Assembly: GCF_009834535.1 (NCBI RefSeq)
Contig: NC_045696.1
Location: 116,066,001-116,130,000, forward strand
Reading direction: 5' to 3'
From: Camelus ferus
Taxonomy: Eukaryota
Length of the DNA: 64,000 bases
Shown here: positions 63,100 through 64,000 of the stretch, one piece after another
How positions within the stretch are numbered: position 1 is the first letter of the stretch
Layout of the letters: each line of letters opens with the position of its first letter
Translations under genes and position numbers: made by a program
Notes under the pieces: model-generated
What the model saw: the letters and a program-made list of their open reading frames with translations, nothing else
Told to the model about the DNA's origin: nothing
The model's database searches: none

Positions 63100-64000
63100 T
63101 ATTTGGGCTTCTACTCTGGCCACGATGGATTATCAGGGGCTCATTGTACCTTCCTGCCTGAAATAACCACAAAAAAAAAAAAAAATAGTAGTCATTGGGC
63201 AACAAAATATAATAATCTCTTAAAGATGGGAAATAGGTGAAGTATGTCCTGTAACAACCTCAACTTACTGCCTGGAGTAATTTTCTAGGTCACAGTACAG
63301 GGAGGGAGACTCAAGGCAGAGCACAGTGGCGTCCCTGAGTTGAAAAAATGAAGATCTGGGTCCAGGGAGACTGCGATGGCTAGATTTACAAGACAGAATA
63401 TCAGAGAGAAGGAACTACACAGAGAGAGAACTATGGGGATCTCAGAGAGTTCCTTCTCTAGTCTCTAACTGAGTACTAATCAGCATATGCCTTTGAGGAA
63501 AGCATCCAAGGTTGAGGAAAGAATCACCCAAAGGGTTTAGAAGTAAAAGTGCCTGGTACTCACACAGCACCAGAAACAGAGCCTGACCCCTCCAGCCAGC
63601 TCCTTCAGCCAGACTGGAAAACCTCATAACTGACTGGGCATTTAGCAAAGTATTCAGAAAGGTTTGTTTTACCTCATGAGTGGGGAAAATTAACCCCATG
63701 CTAAATACTCTTCTGGTCCCACCAAACAAACCTTAAAAGCAAGACCTAATAAGATCAGCTGTTTAAAAGTAACTATACTAAGTTCCAGAACAAAACTCAA
63801 GAATATTTATAGGAATAGAAAAATACGCAACACCCAACAAAGTAAAATTTACAATGTCTAGTATACAATCAAAACTTACCACACATGGGAAAATAAGGAA
63901 AATACGATACATAGTGAGAAAAATCAGTCAATCCAAAATGACTCAGAAATGTCCCAGATGATAGAATTAGTAGGCAACGACAGTAGAACAGTTACTATAA
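63100..64000 (+). mobile_element. Ancient L1M (MC/MD-like) 5' region running off the window
   Basis: TACCTTCCTGCCTGAAA.AAC...GAACTACACAGAGAGAGAACT...CTGAGTACT.ATCAGCA.ATG...AAAATTTACAATGTCT...AAAAATCAGTCAAT...CAGATGATAGAATTAG motifs leading toward the ORF1 start region. Confidence 0.65.

Noticed and set aside
1..64000. CRISPR array, operon or other prokaryotic system
   Set aside because: No regularly spaced repeat-spacer array and no gene-dense coding sequence; the DNA is mammalian.

Overview
Mammalian, almost certainly camelid (camel/alpaca/llama), genomic DNA: AT-rich, CpG-poor and repeat-rich. The assignment rests on a tRNA-derived SINE resembling the camelid Vic-1 family; I saw no Alu, Bov-tA, PRE1 or CanSINE. 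I could not recognise any host protein-coding exon, RNA gene or CRISPR array, so the window looks intergenic or deep-intronic. The only recognisable coding sequence is LINE-1 ORF2. The dominant feature is a ~6 kb LINE-1 pile-up at 39.6-45.7 kb. It ends in a young 3.7 kb L1 with a twin-priming 5' inversion, a perfect 14-bp TSD, one frameshift, one nonsense codon and an internal ~0.4 kb 3' deletion. Elsewhere there are many 5'-truncated L1 tails (several with TSDs, some nested), hAT-Charlie MITEs, MIR/L2 relics, a MaLR LTR and microsatellites. Unexplained structure worth checking includes a recursive-splice-site-like AG|GT motif with a stop-in-all-frames exon, a series of + strand splice signals, a CACGTG cluster, a perfect 28-bp palindrome and a perfect 18-bp direct repeat 507 bp apart. 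I found no convincing evidence for a novel biological system. Repeat family names are from recall of consensus sequences, not from a search, and boundaries of old repeats are approximate.
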